Assembly (NCBI GenBank): GCA_043228905.1
Contig: JBHGNT010000846.1
Coordinates: 1-14,711 of the forward strand
Length of the DNA: 14,711 nucleotides
Source of the DNA: Azolla caroliniana
Taxonomy: Eukaryota > Plantae > Polypodiophyta
Direction of reading: 5' to 3'
Shown piece by piece: positions 10,321 through 14,711 of the stretch. The notes under the pieces were generated by a model, which was given only the letters and a program-made list of their open reading frames with translations, did not search any database and was not told the DNA's origin. The position numbers and the translations under genes were made by a program. Position 1 is the first letter of the stretch. The number at the start of each line of letters is the position of its first letter.

Positions 10321-13168
10321 ACATCGGATTTTAGTGTTCAAATATGCGAATCGAAGCTAACAACGTTAGCTATGATATGGAATTGAAAAATCAAGATTTT
10401 GAAACTCAGGTCGAGAGACATGAAGAAATTACTAAATTTGAGGAGGGAATTGAGAAGAGCGCGTGAGTAAATGAAAATTGTCATACCTGGCTCGTGTGCC
10501 ATCGGATTTTTGTGTTCAAACATGCGAATCGAAGGTAACAACGTTAGCTATGATATGGATTTGAAAAATCAAGATTTTAAAACTCAGGTCGAGAGACATG
10601 AAGGAATTACCAAATTTGATGAGGGAGTTGAGAAGAGCGCGTGAGTAAATTAAACAGTGCATACCTGGCTCGTGTGATATCGGATTTTAGTGTTCAAACA
10701 TGCGAATCGAAACTAACAACAGTAGCTATGATATGGAATTAAGAAATCAAGGTTTTAAAACTCAGGTCGAGAGACATGAAGAAATTACCAAATTTGAGGA
10801 GGGAATTGAGAAGAGCACGTGACTCAATTAAAATGCTCATACCTGGCTCGTGTGACATCGGATTTTTGTGTTCAAACATGCGAATCGAAGCTAACATCGT
10901 TAGCTATGATATGGATTTGAAAAATCAAGATTTTAAAACTCAGGTCAAGAGACATGAAGAAATTACCAAATTTGAGGAGGGAATTGAGTAGAGCGCGTGA
11001 GTAAATTAAAATGTTCATACCTGGCCCGTGTGACATCGGATGTTAGTGTTCAAACATGCGAATCGAAGCTAACAACGTTAGCTATGATATGGAATTGAAA
11101 AATCCAGATTTTGAAACTCAGGTCGAGACACATGAAGGAATTACCAAATTTGATGAGGGAGTTGAGAAGAGCGCGTGAGTAAATTAAACAGTGCTTACCT
11201 GGCTCGTGTGATATCGGATTTTAGTGTTCAAACATGCGAATCGAAACTAACAACACTAGCGATGATATGGAGTTAAGAAATCAAGATTTTGAAACTCAGG
11301 TCGAGAGACATGAAGGAATTACCAAATTTGATGAGGGAGTTGAGAAGAGCCCGAGAGTAAATTAAAATGTTCATACCTGGCCCGTGTGACATCGGATGTT
11401 AGTGTTCAAACATGCGAATCGAAGCTAACAACGTTAGCTATGATATGGAATTGAAAAATCAAGATTTTGAAACTCAGGTCGAGAGACATGAAGAAATTAC
11501 GAAATTTGAGGAGGGAATTGAGAAGAGCGCGTGAGTAAATTAAAATTGTCATACCTGGCTCGTGTGCCATCGGATGTTAGTGTTCAAACATGCGAATCGA
11601 AGCTAACAACGTTAGCTATGATATGGAATTGAAAAATCAAGATTTTGAAACTCAGGTCGACAGACATGAAGGAATTACCAAATTTGATGAGGGAGTTGAG
11701 AAGAGCGCGTGACTAAATTAAACAGTGCATACCTGGCTCGTGTGATATCGGATTTTAGTGTTCAAACATGCGAATCGAAACTAACAACAGTAGCTATGAT
11801 ATGGAATTAAGAAATCAAGGTTTTAAAACTCAGGTCGAGAGACATGAAGAAATTACCAAATTTGAGGAGGGAATTGAGAAGAGCACGTGACTAAATTAAA
11901 ATGTTCATACCTGGCTCGTGTGACATCGGATTTTAGTGTTCAAACCTGCGAATCGAAGCTAACATCGTTAGCTATGATATGGATTTGAAAAATCAAGATT
12001 TTAAAACTCAGGTCGAGAGACATGAAGAAAATACCAAATTTGAGGAGGGAATTGAGTAGAGCGCGTGAGTAAATTAAAATGTTCATACCTGGCCCGTGTG
12101 ACATCGGATGTTAGTGTTCAAACATGCGAATCGAAGCTAACAACGTTAGCTATGATATGGAATTGAAAAATCAAGATTTTGAAACTCAGGTCGAGAGACA
12201 TGAAGAAATTACGAAATTTGAGGAGGGAATTGAGAAGAGCGCGTGAGTAAATTAAACAGTGCATACCTGGCTCGTGTGATATCGGATTTTAGTGTTCAAA
12301 CATGCGAATCGAAACTAGCAACAGTAGCTATGATATGGAATTAAGAAATCAAGGTTTTAAAACTCAGGTCGAGAGACATGAAGAAATTACCAAATTTGAG
12401 GAGGGAATTGAGAAGAGCACGTGACTAAATTAAAATGCTCATACCTGGCTCGCGTGACATCGGATTTTTGTGTTCAAACATGCGAATCGAAGCTAACATC
12501 GTTAGCTATGATATGGATTTGAAAAATCAAGATTTTAAAACTCAGGTTAGGAGACATGAAGAAATTACCAAATTTGAGGAGGGAATTGAGTAGAGCGCGT
12601 GAGTAAATTAAAATGTTCATACCTGGCCCGTGTGACATCGGATGTTAGTGTTCAGACATGCGAATCGAAGCTAACAACGTTAGCTATGATATGGAATTGA
12701 AAAATCAAGATTTTGAAACTCAGGTCGAGAGACATGAAGAAATTACGAAATTTGAGGAGGGAATTGAGAAGAGCGCGTGAGTAAATTAAAATTGTCATAC
12801 CTGGCTTGTGTGCCATCGGATGTTAGTGTTCAAACATGCGAATCGAAGCTAACAACGTTAGCTATGATATGGAATTGAAAAATCAAGATTTTGAAACTCA
12901 GGTCGACAGACATGAAGGAATTACCAAATTTGATGAGGGAGTTGAGAAGAGCGCGTGAGTAAATTAAACAGTGCATACCTGGCTCGTGTGATATCGGATT
13001 TTAGTGTTCAAACATGCGAATCGAAACTAACAACAGTAGCTATGATATGGAATTAAGAAATCAAGGTTTTAAAACTCAGGTCGAGAGACATGAAGAAATT
13101 ACCAAATTTGAGGAGGGAATTGAGAAGAGCTCGAGAGTAAATTAAAATGTTCATACCTGGCCCGTGTG

Positions 13169-14711
13169 ACATCGGATTTTAGTGTTCAAACATGCAAATC
13201 GAAGCTAACAACGTTAGCTATGATATGGAATAAAAAAATCAAGATTTTAAAACTCAGGTCGAGAGACATGACGAAATTAGCAAATTTGAGGAGGGAGTTG
13301 AGAAGAGCGCGTGAGTAAATTAAAATTGTCATACCTGGTTCGTGTGATATCGGATTTTAGTGTTCAAACATGCGAATCGAAGCTAACAACGCTACCTACG
13401 ATATGAAATTAAAAAATCGAGATTTTGAAACTCAGGTCGAGAGACGTGAAAAAATTACCAAATTTGATGAGGGAGTTGAGAAGAGCCCGCGAGTAAATTA
13501 AAATGTTCATACCTGGCTCGTGTGACATCGGATTTTACTGTTCAAACATGCGAATCGAAGCTAACAACGCTACCTACGATATGGAATTAAAAAATCAACA
13601 TTTTGTAACTCAGGTCGAGAGACGTGAAGAAATTACCAAATTTGATGAGGGACTTGAGAAGAGCTCGAGAGTAAATAAAAATGTTCATACCTGGCCCGTG
13701 TGACATCGAATTTTAGTGTTCAAACATGCGAATCGAAGCTAACAACGCCACCTACAATATGGAATAAAAAAATCAACATTTTGAAACTCAGGTCGAGAGA
13801 CGTGAAGGAATTATCAAATTTGATGAGGGAGTTGAGAAGAGCCCGAGAGTAAGTTAAAATGTTCATACCTCGCCCGTGTGACAACGGAGTTTAGTGCTCA
13901 AACATGCGAATCGAAGCTAACAACGTTAGATATGATATGGAATTAAAAAATCAAGATTTTAAAACTCAGGTCAAGAGACATGACGAAATTAGCAAATTTG
14001 AGGAGGGAGTTGAGAAGAGCGCGTGAGTAAATTAAAATGTTCATACCTGGCTTCTGTGATATCGGATTTTTGTGTTCAAACATGCAAATCGAAGCTAACA
14101 ACACTAGCTATGATATATAATTAAAAAATCGAGATTTTGAAACTCAGGTCGAGAGACATGGCGAAATTAGCAAATTTTAGGAGGGGGTTGTGAAGAGCCC
14201 GTGAGTTAATTAAATTGTTCATACCTGGCTCGTGTGATATCGGATGTTAGTGTTCAAACATGCGAATCGAAGCTAACAATGCTACCTACGATATGGAATT
14301 AAAAAATCAACATTTTGAAACTCAGGTCGAGAGACGTGAAGAAATTACCAAATTGGATGAGGGAGTTGAGAAGAGCCCGAGAGTAAATTAAAATGTTCAT
14401 ACCTGGCCCGTGTGACATCGGATTTTCGTGTTCAAATATGCGAATCGAAGCTAACAACGCTACCTACGATATGGAATTAAAAAATCAAGATTTTGAAACT
14501 TAGGTCGAGAGACGTGAAGAAATTACCAAATTTGATGAGGGAGTTGGGAAGAGCCCGAGAGTAAATTAAAATGTTCATACCTGGCCCGTGTGACAACGGA
14601 TTTTAGTGCTCAAACATGCAAATCGAAGCTAACAACGTTAGCTATGATATGGAATTAAAAAATCAAGATTTTAAAACTCAGGTCGAGAGACATGACGAAA
14701 TTAGCAAATTT
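13169..14711 (+). repeat. Distinct, more diverged monomer subfamily with loose 4-mer (712-bp) periodicity
   Basis: GCTACCTACGAT, GAGACGTGAA, AATCAACATTT and ACAACGGA..GTGCTCAAAC are confined to this block. CATGACGAAATTAGCAAA recurs in the monomers starting at 13169, 13881 and 14593 (712-bp spacing). Confidence 0.82.

Larger units (their letters stand above)
7238..13168 (+). repeat. Domain dominated by a 4-monomer HOR (712-bp unit, A-B-C-D) with variant and interrupted copies
   Basis: A = ATTACGAAAT...AATTGTCAT; B = CCATCGG...GTCGACAGAC...AACAGTGCAT; C = AAACTAACAACAGTAG...CAAGGTTTT...AGCACGTGACT; D = CTAACATCGTT...GGATTTG...GAGTAGAGC. Copies lie at 7238-7949, 8601-9312, 9313-10024, 10321-11032 (variant), 11389-12100, 12101-12634 (3-mer with A/B hybrid) and 12635-13168 (A-B-C, incomplete). 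Confidence 0.88.
1..14711 (+). repeat. Tandem satellite DNA array, 178-bp monomer, about 84 copies (centromere/heterochromatin-type satellite; family not recognised)
   Basis: The motif A(C/T)ATCGGAT(T/G)TTAGTGTTCAAAC recurs at 1, 178, 356, 534, 712, 889, 1067, 1245, 1423, 1601, 1779, 1957, 2152 ... 14237, 14415, 14593. Spacing is 178 bp, or 177 where a 1-bp homopolymer deletion occurs. Consensus is approximately ACATCGGATTTTAGTGTTCAAACATGCGAATCGAAGCTAACAACGTTAGCTATGATATGGAATTGAAAAATCAAGATTTTGAAACTCAGGTCGAGAGACATGAAGAAATTACCAAATTTGAGGAGGGAATTGAGAAGAGCGCGTGAGTAAATTAAAATGTTCATACCTGGCCCGTGTG. The array runs off both window ends. A centromeric role is inference from monomer size and HOR structure only. 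Confidence 0.98.

Noticed and set aside
10338-10541. 67-aa minus-strand ORF
   Set aside because: Same satellite frame as 7702-7953, opened by incidental point variants; no gene context.
10776-10991. 71-aa plus-strand ORF as a real CDS
   Set aside because: Open only because private variants (GACTCAATT, TTTTTGTG) remove stops present in other copies; it reads the same monomer segment in two frames.
13503-13703. 66-aa plus-strand ORF as a real CDS
   Set aside because: Depends on single-copy variants (TTTTACTG, AAATAAAA) in one diverged monomer.
13695-13710. CENP-B-box-like motif on the minus strand (CCCGTGTGACATCGAA; CCCG...CGGA in other monomers)
   Set aside because: The canonical box reverse complement is CCCG-NN-T-NNNN-CGAA. 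Here the spacing is one base too long, and CGAA occurs in only this copy.
1-14711. CRISPR array or repeat-spacer system
   Set aside because: There are no unique spacers; the entire 178 bp is repeated, and no cas genes or leader are present.

Overview
The whole window is one head-to-tail tandem satellite array with a 178-bp monomer. By hand I count 83 full monomer slots plus one partial; a representative monomer (534-711) has A66/C26/G41/T45, about 38% GC. All copies are in one orientation, with no unique DNA, transposon insertion, RNA gene or credible CDS. Monomer size, homogeneity and higher-order repeats (HORs) fit eukaryotic centromeric, pericentromeric or other heterochromatic satellite DNA. 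I do not recognise the family or species. The informative signal is in the monomer variants: a 6-mer HOR tandem pair (2508-4639), a 3-mer pair (4640-5707), a copy of at least 1.5 kb displaced by 5707 bp, a 4-mer HOR domain (7238-13168) and a more diverged 4-mer subfamily (13169-14711) with a related island at about 1550-2507. There are also three internally deleted monomers, one 18-bp internal duplication and several apparent gene-conversion or unequal-crossover signatures. I found no evidence for a new gene system; what may be new is the satellite family and its HOR architecture. Monomer phase is arbitrary (set at ACATCGG, base 1), and all alignments were done by eye.
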